DNA of 64,000 nt from Macrostomum lignano (taxonomy: Eukaryota). Within the stretch, counting starts at the first letter, position 1. Every line of letters begins with the position of its first letter. Positions 36,807 through 60,614 of the stretch are shown here, piece by piece. The notes under the pieces were generated by a model. It had not been told where the DNA came from. It made no database searches and was given only the letters and a program-made list of their open reading frames with translations. A program made the position numbers and the translations under genes. Location of the stretch: contig NIVC01003181.1 of the NCBI GenBank assembly GCA_002269645.1, forward strand, positions 49,653 through 113,652, read 5' to 3'.

Positions 36807-38468
36807 CCGGTGGGTGCCAAAATGAATGCCTGTGGGTGCCAAAATGAGTGCCAGTGGGTGCCAAAATGAGTGCCAAAATGAGTGCCAAAATGAATGCCAG
36901 TGGGTGCCAAAATGAATGCCTGTGGGTGCCAAAATGAATGCCAGTGGGTGCCAAAATGAGTGCCAGTGGGTGCCAAAATGAATGCCTGTGGGTGCCAAAA
37001 TGAGTGCCAGTGGGTGCCAAAATGAATGCCAGTGGGTGCCAAAATGAGTGCCAGTGGGTGCCAAAATGAATGCCAGTGGGTGCCAAAATGAGTGCCAGTG
37101 GGTGCCAAAATGAATGCCTGTGGGTGCCAAAATGAGTGCCGGTGGGTGCCAAAATGAATGCCAGTGGATGCCAAAATGAATGCCTGTGGGTGCCAAAATG
37201 AGTGCCGGTGGGTGCCAAAATGAATGCCTGTGGGTGCCAAAATGAATGCCAGTGGGTGCCAAAATGAATGCCTGTGGGTGCCAAAATGAGTGCCAGTGGG
37301 TGCCAAAATGAGTGCCAGTGGGTGCCAAAATGAATGCCAGTGGGTGCCAAAATGAATGCCTGTGGGTGCCAAAATGAGTGCCAGTGGGTGCCAAAATGAG
37401 TGCCAGTGGGTGCCAAAATGAGTTCCAGTGGGTGCCAAAATGAATGCCTGTGGGTGCCAAAATGAGTGCCAGTGGATGCCAAAATGAGTGCCAGTGGGTG
37501 CCAAAATGAGTGCCAGTGGGCGCCAGTGAGTTAATTTTTAGTTTATTGGTCAACTTTCGGTCGTTTCCCTCGCTTTGAAATCCAAGAAATTTGCGTTACT
37601 ACAAGGTTCTCAGTTCCCTTAGAGCAGAGCCTATCTATATATGGTCGTATGGGATTGGCAGCAGAGTCCCAACCGTGGGCAGATCCGCGTGACACCTTCA
37701 GTGTGCTCGTGTAGTTATAGCTAATCCACCGAAATGTGCCATGCAATATAGATAGATCACTCAGGCCTTAACTAGTTACAGTTACGGTCTGCGAGATCCA
37801 TAAACTAAGGAAGTTTGGCTAACTGGTCCCCCGTTCTACCCTGTCAGAGTTGATCCGCTCTCGCCGGCTAGCTATGCTACATTTATAATGGCCTATAGCT
37901 GTAGCGACTCCAACACTGCATGCTGCAGTAATGATGATGCGTGAGACTGTATAGGTGCACTAGTATATCTAGGCAGATGAAACTCCAGCTGCATTCCCAA
38001 CCTCCATCCGGCCCGGTGCAAGCCCGGTGCTCCTAACCTGTCCCTCCGGCTCAGCAACGCTAACGCTGCAGCGGACATCTCCCCCACCTCCCCCCCCACA
38101 CACACACAGACCCAGGGGTCAATTTAACTGAAAGCCTATACAGACTGCGTGGAACAGTCGTTTGAGCAGAGAGCCTATTTTACAGCTATTTATTATACAA
38201 CGTACATAGATACACAGTTGGGAAAATTGCAGGAACTTCAATCCCGGCCAATTCACTGGGAATTGAATAGATATATACACTCTGATCTGGGAATAGGAGG
38301 ATTTCTACAGCTTTCAATCCCTTGCTTGAATCCGCGCCGGACTTTCCTAATCCGTTCAGACTTGTAGCGCCTTGTTTCCCACTGTGTCCTTGCGATTAAT
38401 AAAGTACTTTCTTTTGAGTGCCTACAAGCTAGGTTGTCTATGACCCAAACTCCAACTTTCGGTTTCAG

Positions 38469-38723
38469 CCATGGATGAATAATATAACTGGATCGCCAGA
38501 AGCTCGATTTTTTGGTCCTAGCCATAGACAAGCACCAGCATCACAAGAAGCTCAGAATGCCGTACTTTCAAATAAATACTTATAAATAAAGGTTTGCAGC
38601 TTCTGCAGCGGCTATTTGTCTATGTGGCATTCTGAGCTTCTTGTGATGCTGGTGCTTGTCTATGGCTAGGACCAAAAAAATCGAGCTTCTGGCGATCCAG
38701 TTATATTATTTATTCATCCATGG
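38469..38723. mobile_element. 255-bp fold-back element with ~93-98-bp near-perfect inverted arms
   Basis: Arms 38469-38561 and 38626-38723 (ccatggatgaataa...ctcagaatgcc and its reverse complement); no TSD seen. Confidence 0.75.
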
Positions 38724-39134
38724 GCGCTACAGATTCAAACCTTCCCTCTGCAGTCTAGCAATGTATTAGGCTAAAAGTACACATGCACAGTGGAAAAACA
38801 AAAATAAGACAATCAGTCGATGCTGCAATGGCCCAGGTGTGCAAGCTGTGTACACCTTGTACAGTGTTTGGAACTGTGGATGGCTCTCGCAATAACCCCC
38901 CCTCAGGTGAGCTGGAGCTCTGTTTACAATTTTCAGGGACGTAGCCAGAATTTTTTATTGGAGGGGCCATAGTGGGTGCCAAAGTAGCTGTTCGGGGAAC
39001 TGCTAAAATGGGGAACAGGGACGACAAACCAGCTGTTTAGAATCGATTTTTTGCTAATTTTTGCACTCGATACTCTTAAAGCACTACTAACACGAAAGAA
39101 GTACAGTATATGGGAGCAGGACAACTGACTGCCA

Positions 39135-39295
39135 CAATTTGGAGTGCCACAATTAGAGTACCACAATTGGAGTGCCACAATTAGAGTACCACAATTGGAG
39201 TGCCTCAATTGGAGTGCCACAATTGGAGTGCCACAATTGGAGTGCCACAATTGGAGTGCCACAACTAGAGCGCCATAATTGGAGTGCCACAATTG
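39135..39295. repeat. 14-bp tandem repeat (ggagtgccacaatt)
   Basis: About 11 copies. Confidence 0.9.
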
Positions 39296-40759
39296 ACAGC
39301 CGACAAATAGACTGCCAGCTCTCGATCTTAACCCTTTTACCTATACTAAATGTCTAATATGTACCTATCTGTTAACATGTGCAACGAAGCAATATAAAAC
39401 CTGATATAAGGCAGTAGAAGTGCATGCATTGCATAACTTGTACTTTAATTATCTAATTTAGCCAAGTCTAGATCGCAGAATATGCACAGAATGGCGAATC
39501 GGCAGTCCTCTATGAAAGCAAAAATAAATGCGCTTGCACTACTAACGTTGTGAAGCTGATAAGTAGCTGCGTTTTTTAACGCAAAGTTGAATGTAAAAGT
39601 TGAGCTCAAGACAGCCTTTGAAAGCTTTGAGTCGTCGTTTTGACGCTGCAGATGAATGCTGCGCTATCCTTGTAATTAATTTGTTCATAACGGTGCGTGC
39701 GCAAAGTCCAGATAGCCAATTAGATAGACGTAAATTATAGCGGTCACGTGATGTTTACGTGATTGTTGGTCAATTCCATTTGCAATATATAAGCTTCAAT
39801 TAGCTATACTTTAGCCGTGTACTTGTGAACTAAAGTTTTACTGGACAACTGAGGTGTAAACATCACATAGTAATTACTTATTCACCATTAATATAGTACA
39901 TTCTTTATTTCTTCGTTAAAACTACTTCAGTATATAGAACTTTTAATTTACTTGGGTTGGGTTGCTCCTGATTCTGGGCTGATGCATTTCTAATCCATTT
40001 AATTGAACCGGTAGCAGAAACCGTGTCTGCTGGCGCCCCTGGTGCTGGCGCCCCTGGTGCTGGCGCCCCCAAAATGGAATGGCTCCCCCCCCCCAGTATG
40101 GAAAATCGTGGCTGCGCCCCGTCTTGACGACGTGTCAATTTGGTATGATGTAAAATTAAGGCGTTTTCCTAATAAAGCCTCGTTCACACCGCCATCAAAT
40201 GTACATCACACTTGTACATCAAAATTTGATTCCATTGTACATTGGTCGTGTGATCTGGTGGCTCATTTGATGGCAGTTGTAATTTTGAATGATCCTTAAA
40301 AGTTTGCCATTTTTCCGAAAATGGGATGATATTTATGCACATAATTCTCTACAAAATGGGATACTTATTAGCTTTGAAAACTTTCAGAACTAGCGGCTGC
40401 GACAGTTTTTTCCTGTCGACAGTTATACTAAAATGTGTTGAATCTGTCTGTTTTTTTGTTATTACGTCGCTTGTAGAAGATTGTTATTGATGTTTAATAC
40501 TCCAAATGAAAGACAATTTTTGTAGAATTTATTGAGATCAATCTGAAATTCGGGCACCATTTCATTCTGAAATAATAGGAAGTTGTCTGCGCACACTACG
40601 CCACACTTGAGAGTCAGTTTGTCAATTTTGGGCCGGCTGGGCGGGGTGGCGGCGGACACAAAGATGCGGTCCAGTTTGTTGGCTCTTATTATTCAGCTCG
40701 CGCCCGCACGGGGGGCCTCTCTTATCAATTTCGCTTCCAGGCCCCACTAAAGCTAAGAA

Positions 40760-40768
40760 TATAAAGGT
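40760..40768 (+). promoter_or_regulatory. Candidate TATA box of the H1 gene
   Basis: TATAAAG about 70 bp upstream of the H1 ATG, with GC-rich boxes at ~40630-40720. Confidence 0.45.
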
Positions 40769-40835
40769 TTTCATTCACGCGTCTTGCACAAATTACTCAT
40801 CGTATATCTATTATTAAGAATTTAGTGAGCCGAAA

Positions 40836-41603
40836 ATGAGCGCCACCGTAGCTAAAGCCGCCGGGCAGAAGAAGCCGTCGAAGCCCAAATCGCACCCGTC
40901 CTACACGGACATGATCAGCGCCGCCATTGCCGCCTTGAAAGAGCGCAAAGGATCCAGCCGGCAGGCCATCACCAAGTACCTGCTAGCCAATTACAAGTTC
41001 AACTCGGACGAGAAAATCGACTTCTACGTTAAGGCCGCTTTGAAGGCCGGCAGCAAGAGCGGCCGCTATGTGCACACCAAAGGCGTTGGCGCCACCGGGT
41101 CCTTCCAGCTGGCCAAGAAGGAGTCCGCCGCCAAGTCTAAGAAGCCGATGGCTCCCAAGTCGCCAAACAAGGCTAAATCGCCCATCGCTAGCAAGAAGCC
41201 GAAGTCGCCGGCCGCCAAGAAGGCCAAGTCACCCGCCGCCGCCAAAAAGCCGAAATCTCCGGCCGCGGCCAAGAAGCCAAAGTCGCCAGTTGCGGCCAAA
41301 AAGCCAAGTTCGCCGGTTGCCGCCAAGCGGGCCAAATCTCCAGTGGCCAAGAAGCCGAGATCTCCCAAACCTATGAAGGCCAAATCGCCGGCTGGCAAGC
41401 GGGTCGCCGCCAAGCCGAGCGAGGCTGCTGCGGCTGCTCCCGAGCCCGCCGCTGCCCCTGCGGCCCCGGCCGCTGTCGCCGCCAAGCCCAACAGCAGAGC
41501 TGGCAAAAAGGGCGCCGCCCCCGCCGCTGCCGGTGGCGCCAAGCCGAAATCGAAGACCCCGACCAAGGCCAAGAAGGCCGCGCCCGCCAAGGCTAAGAAA
41601 TAA
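40836..41603 (+). CDS. H1: Linker histone H1/H5 family, intronless, 255 aa
   Basis: Globular domain [41 protein letters not shown] followed by a K/A/P-rich tail. Confidence 0.95.
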   Translation: MSATVAKAAGQKKPSKPKSHPSYTDMISAAIAALKERKGSSRQAITKYLLANYKFNSDEKIDFYVKAALKAGSKSGRYVHTKGVGATGSFQLAKKESAAKSKKPMAPKSPNKAKSPIASKKPKSPAAKKAKSPAAAKKPKSPAAAKKPKSPVAAKKPSSPVAAKRAKSPVAKKPRSPKPMKAKSPAGKRVAAKPSEAAAAAPEPAAAPAAPAAVAAKPNSRAGKKGAAPAAAGGAKPKSKTPTKAKKAAPAKAKK

Positions 41604-42840
41604 TCCATGCTAAACTGTGTGTAATTAATAGTAATAGCATATTATTATTATTGACCTGAAAATAATTCAGCCCATCCTAAAAAATTAGCCAAGCTAAATA
41701 AATTTCATTTATCCAGTTTTAAACTTGTTTTTGCACATATCTGTCTGCTGATAAGAGGCAAACGAATCGGTGTAGCATTTGTTTATTCAATCATATCGCA
41801 TTTTATCTACACCTACAAATAGGCTAACTGTTAACTTCTGCTGGTTTTTATTATCCACAAACTATTTTATTACTTATTAGGCCTAACTACTTTTTATTAA
41901 TTGATTTAAGTTTGATTTTTTCCAAGTCTCCCGCATTTATGCCAAAAATAATTCTGTTTGTTATATTGTGCAGCATTAGGCCTATTTTCATTTCTAATCC
42001 AAGAATTATCTTTGTGTTCATTTTTCATCAACATTAATTAAACTTTTTCTGTATTAAATTTATTTGGATTAACGATATAAAACCAATAAGTTGGAGTTGC
42101 CTAATAAACAAATACACGCCATCGCAAAAATGATTATTAAAATCAACTTGATATATTTTCTTAATTATCCAGTCTCCAGCTCGGCTGTGTACGAGAGGTT
42201 AAACAGTTCGGCAAAAATAATTTTATTTTAATTACTTTTTTATTTTTACGAATTAACGATTGAAAATGAATGCACTGAAATCCTACTGCAAGTAGAACAG
42301 TTGAAAAAACAAGAAAATTTAACTAAGCCAGAGAATTATTATTTCTTTGCTTTCCGTGACGCCAGCTATGCAGTACTCCGTAAAGGAGTTGCCAGCAGAA
42401 TTTATGGGATTTTGTGTTTGCAAAGCGAGCTAGAAGGGTTTAGTTCGCTACGGAGAAAGCGTACAATTCGAGTGTGTTGGGTCGGAACGGACGGAACCAG
42501 CTGTACTGTACATGTCAGCACTTTCAAGAGTAGTCAATGCAATCCATGGCCCAGCCGTTTGCTGAGAAGTTTTACGTTCTCCCCAATACTAAAGTCCCAT
42601 AGCACTGTGCATGAGCAGATACAGCGCACAGGGAAGAAAGGTTCAAGCTAAGGGGGGGGGGGAGAAATCAAGATTACCGGGGGGACACATTTTCCTCGTA
42701 CCACATTCTTCATAAGGAAGAGTAACAAGCTTGCAATGGTCTGAAATTCACAACCTCATGCACCACAGAGCTCACGAAATAGAATTGCAAGCTTACAAAT
42801 TGATCAGTCAATTGCAACATCAACTACACAAAATCAATAA

Positions 42841-55900
<13,060 letters not shown>

Positions 55901-57069
55901 AAAGTACATTTAAAGCTCTTTAAAGTGTTTCTAACTTTGCCAACAACATGGTAATCGACATGTTGCTAAAATTTTGAATTTTTTCCATTCTTCTACGCTT
56001 CCTACTCATAGACAACTAAAGTAGAAGGAACTGTCACTCGCAATAAAAGTTGTGAAAAAGCAGAGCGTCTACTACTTTTTTATTGGTAGTTTGTCTGCGC
56101 AGTGTCACTTAAATTTAATGTAACAGCCAAAATTTTCATTCCCTTTTCGGGGTTTGCTGCCTCAGGAGAATGAGGTTAAGAATGTACACAAGTTAACGCA
56201 AGTCAGGCAGCCAAATCTAGCTCAACCAATGAGAGAGCAGTAAGGAGAGAGGTCAAAGTCAGACGGACGAAACTCAGCCTATGGGCAGGCACAATCTGGC
56301 TCAACCAATGAGAGAGCAGTAAGGAGAGAGGTCAAAGTCAGACACAAGCGGGCAAGAGAAAAACATGTTTATCGGCAGATACCCTATATCGGCAGAAGAA
56401 AGACAGAGTCTGCTTGTGTAGCAGCATTATAACCTTTAAAATCTTATAAATTTTATATTTTTTCACTACTAAAAAAGACTAAAGACGCAAATTCTGCTAC
56501 TGATAAAAGAGTAGACGACCGCATTTTTTGCATGATTTGCGAGTTATACGCGCACCTGTACTTACAGAATGTAAGAAATGTGATTTGTGACATGTTTAAA
56601 GATTACATCAACTTTTCTTATGCATGTTTCATTCGTTTCAGAATCATTTTGTCGATCTTTTCAAATCATTATCAAGTAATGGTAATCAACATTTTAGGCA
56701 GTTTATTTTCATATTCATAATTGATTCTGGGTTGCTGATTGTCAAAAAACAGGCGCAAAAATTATTGAATTTTAATTTCAGAAAATAAAATTTTGAGAGT
56801 AAACCCCTTTGTTTTCTGTGCAGTAGATGACATTGAAATGACTTTGGCAACTTTGTGTTTCACGAAAAATTGCCAATAAGGAGCGAGAAATAGAAAGTAC
56901 AGTTTAAACTTTAAGGGAAATACTTTCTGGAGAAGCAAACCATATCGGGCATTGTAAATTAAGATTGCAATGTAAAATAATGACCCTAATTGTAGGCATT
57001 ATGTTAGTAGTTATGAAAAAAATGAGCAGAGTTAACTTTGCAACCGTGTAAAGACTTCGTGGATCGTGG

Positions 57070-57690
57070 TTGATTAAGTCTTCGTGGTGGGGTACTGTTT
57101 CGTGGGGTGCTGTGGGGTGAGGGTGCTGTTTCGTGGGGGTGCTGTGGAGTCTGAGTGCTGTGGGGCCTGGGTGCTGTGGGTGAGGGTGCTGTTTCGTGGG
57201 GGTGCTGTGGAGTCTGAGTGCTGTGGGGCCTGGGTGCTGTGGGGTGAGGGTGCTGTGGGGCCTGGGTGCTGTGGGGTGACGGTGCTGTTTCGTGGGGTGC
57301 TATGGGGTGAGGGTGCTGTGGGGCCTGGATGCTGCTTCGTGGGGGTGCTGTGGGGCCTGGGTCCTGTGGGGCCTGGGTGCTGTGGGGCCTGGGTGCTGTG
57401 GGGCCTGGGTGCTGTGGGGTGAGGGTGCTGTGGGGCCTGGATGCTGCTTCGTGGGGGTGCTGTGCGGTGAGGGTGCTGTGGGGCCTGGGTGCTGCTTCGT
57501 GGGGGTGCTGTGCGGTGAGGGTGCTGTGGGGCCTGGGTGCTGCTTCGTGGGGGTGCTGTGGGGTGAGGGTGCTGGTTCGTGGGGTGCTGTGGGGTGAGGG
57601 TGCTGTGGGGCCTGGATGCTGCTTTGTTGGGGTGCTGTGGGGAGGGGGTACTGTGGGGTGGTGATGCTGTGGGTTAGGATGCTGTGGGTT
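57070..57690. repeat. G/T-rich degenerate minisatellite (gggtgctgtggggcct)
   Basis: Direct reading. Confidence 0.88.
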
Positions 57691-58494
57691 GTGCTTTAAA
57701 AGCAATTTATTTGGTATGCTTTTTACGGTGGCTGATTAAAATTTATATGAGATGGGTGCAGTCAATCAGAATCGGTGACATTGCGGTAAGCTTCGAACAA
57801 TAGGGGCTTATTGTCAGGTAAAGTTCTACCGTTCAAAACAAGGAAGATCTCCTTAAAGTCCAAACACCGGAAAGCATATCATTTGGGTTAAGAGAACTCA
57901 GGTACCTAAATATTCCACTCAATAAGACGTGCAGAATTGCGTGTATATTAATAATTTGCGAAGCGATTTTTCTCAACACCAGGGGGATTTTTTGATTAAA
58001 AATTACGGAATATAAACAGTTTTTTGCTGAAAATAAGTTAAACAAGAAGTTTAGCAGACAAGAGGGTCGTAAGCCAACCTGTTCCTTCCGCTCCGACTCA
58101 ATGACTCAAAACTGGTACTTCGGATTCATTTTACTGAAATAAGATTCGAGGGATGGCGTCATTGTGTAATGCTTCTGTAATTGGCTTGAGATCAGTGAAT
58201 TAGTGTTGATTTAGTCTCTGTAATAATGCTTTCAACCAATCACAGCCTAGAGAGGTGTGAGATTGGTGTCCTAAGATTTCGAGAAAAACGAGTGCGCTGG
58301 GGTCAGAGGCGCGAGAAACTATGTACATTGGCAGTGTACGTAGAATAGTCAGTAGTTTATTAGGCAAGACTGCACAACATTTTATTGATTTAAAATAATC
58401 AGTGACTGTCAAATCTGAGTTGGCTACCAGAATCCAAATTCTAATCCAAAACAATTACATTTAAATTTACACAAAAATACATTACTATTACACT

Positions 58495-59320
58495 TAGCCA
58501 CCTGTCCCATCCTAAATCCCACCTGTCCCATCCTAAATCCTCACCTGTCCCATTCTAAATCCTCAACTGTCCGATCCTAAATCCCACCTGTCCCATCCTA
58601 AATCCTCACCTGTCCCATCCTAAATCCTCACCCTGTCCCATCCTAAATCCCATGGCCACCTGTCCCATCCTAAATCCCATGGCCACCTGTCTCATTCTAA
58701 ATCCCACCTGTCCCATCCTAAACCCCCACCTGTCCCATCCTAAATCCCACCTGTCCCATCCTAAATCCCACCTGTCCCATCCTAAATCCCACCTGTCCCA
58801 TCCTAAATCCCACCTGTCCCATCCTAAATCCCACCTGTCCCATCCTAAATCCCACCTGTCCCATCCTAAATCCCACCTGTCCCATCCTAAATCCCACCTG
58901 TCCCATCCTAAATCCCACCTGTCCCATCCTAAATCCCACCTGTCCCATCCTAAATCCCATGGCCACCTGTCCCATCCTAAATCCCATGGCCACCTGTCCC
59001 ATCCTAAATCCCATGGCCACCTGTCCCATCCTAAATCCCATGGCCACCTGTCCCATCATAAATCCCATGGCCACCTGTCCCATCCTAAATCCCATGGCCA
59101 CCTGTCTCATTCTAAATCCCACCTGTCCCATCCTAAATCCCATGGCCACCTGTCTCATTCTAAATCCCACCTGTCCCATCCTAAATCCCATGGCCACCTG
59201 TCTCATTCTAAATCCTACCTGTCCCATCCTAAATCCCATGGCCACCTGTCCCATCCTAAATCCCATGGCCACCTGTCTCATCCTAAATCCCATGGCCACC
59301 TGTCTCATCCTAAATCCCTA
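58495..59320. repeat. 21/27-bp minisatellite (ccacctgtcccatcctaaatc +/- ccatgg)
   Basis: Direct reading. Confidence 0.93.
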
Positions 59321-59699
59321 CCTGTGCTTTACCAAGAAAGCTGTGGTTGCCACAACTTGTGTAAATAGTGAAAGTTGTGAAATATAAGCCAATTAAGTCA
59401 GTTAAAAAATATTAGAAAAAAGATTCAGCCAGTTAAAAAATATCTCAAAAGTGAAAAACATCTCTTGACTCTGATGTTAGTCATTAGTAGTGGGGTTCAC
59501 TTCTCTAACTAACTAACCAATACAAGTTCACAGCATGCATTGTGAACACAGCTAGCTCAGAGCGTCAAACGATGGAAGTTGTGAGTGTATCGAATCCAGA
59601 ATCGTCATTCAGTCTGCGATTGTATTGGCTCAATAGGGTTTGGATTCTGAAATGAAATGGCAATTTCTAATCGCTTTAAATTGCACACTGTCAGAGGGT

Positions 59700-60380
59700 A
59701 TTAATCTGGGAGAGGTGAGCTGGTTTGGGGAGTGGCTGGTGATATGGGTGGGTGCTCTGGGGAAAGGTGATCTGAAGAGGGATTGCTTGATCTGGGGAGG
59801 GGTGAAGGGTGAGGGGTGGGGTGGGTGATCTAGGGAGGGGTGAAGGTGAGGGGTGGGGTGGGTGATCTGGGAGGGGTGAAGGGTGAGGGGTGGGGTGGGT
59901 GATCTAGGGAGGGGTGAAAGGTGAGGGGTGGGGTGGGTGATCTGGGGAGGGGTGAAAGATGAGGGGTGGGGTGGGTGATCTAGGGAGGGGTGAAAGGTGA
60001 GGGGTGGGGTGGGTGATCTGGGAGGGGTGAAGGGTGAGGGGTGGGTGGGTGATCTAGAGAGGGGTGAAAGGTGAGGGGTGGGGTGGGTGATCTGGGAGAG
60101 CCGAAGAGTGAGGGGTGGCTGGGTGATCTGGGGAGGGCTGAAAAGGAAGGAGTGGCTGGGTGATCTAGGGAGGGGTGAAAGGTGAGGGTTGGGGTGGGTG
60201 ATCTGGGGAGGGGTGAAAGGTGAGGGGTGGGGTGGGTGATCTGGGAAGGAGTGAAGGGTGAGGGGTGGGGTGAGTGATCTGGGAGCGGTGGCTGGGTGAT
60301 CTGGGGAGGGCTGAAGAGTGAGGGGTGGGGTGGGTGATCTGGGAAGTGGTTGCTTGATCTGAGGGTGGGGTGGGTGGGAA
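59700..60380. repeat. G-rich ~38-bp minisatellite (ggggtgggtgatctggggaggggtgaagggtga), G-quadruplex-prone
   Basis: Repeated G3-G4 runs. Confidence 0.88.
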
Positions 60381-60614
60381 CTCTTGGGAATAGTATGCGA
60401 TTTTTGGAAGGGTAAGTGATCTAAGAAGAGTGTGTTTTGAAATTGAGGAGGGGTTGGGTAATCTGGAGATGAGGCAATGGTGATCTGTTAATTAACTAGA
60501 TGTCAGTTCATTTGAAGGTCATCTAATATATGATGATGAAGATAGGTTTTGAATCGATTGAACCAGCCCCGCCTCTAGTACTGTATCGAGCAATATTGGC
60601 ATGCAGAAAGCTGA

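Larger units (their letters stand above)
24919..37526. repeat. 12.6-kb satellite array, 22-bp unit gtgggtgccaaaatga(a/g)tgcca, interrupted by six MITE copies
   Basis: Continuous tandem units with recurring variants (gagtgccaaaat 12-mer runs, cctgtggg, ccggtggg, gagtttcag, gtggatgcc). Confidence 0.98.

Noticed and set aside
24919-37526. CRISPR-like repeat/spacer array
   Set aside because: The 'spacers' are six copies of one TIR element, the repeats are contiguous 22-mers, there are no cas genes, and the context is eukaryotic.
24768-37553. Many long minus-strand ORFs (APTGIHFGTHWHSFWHPLAFIL...)
   Set aside because: Artefact of a 22-bp unit with no stop codon on that strand; open in all three frames.
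37527-38460. Possible ribozyme, LTR or ncRNA to the right of the satellite
   Set aside because: No hammerhead core, tRNA fold, PBS/PPT or terminal repeats found by eye.
41066-41608. Antisense ORF over H1 (and antisense ORFs over the SYNRG Gln repeat)
   Set aside because: Shadow frames of GC-rich, low-complexity coding sequence.
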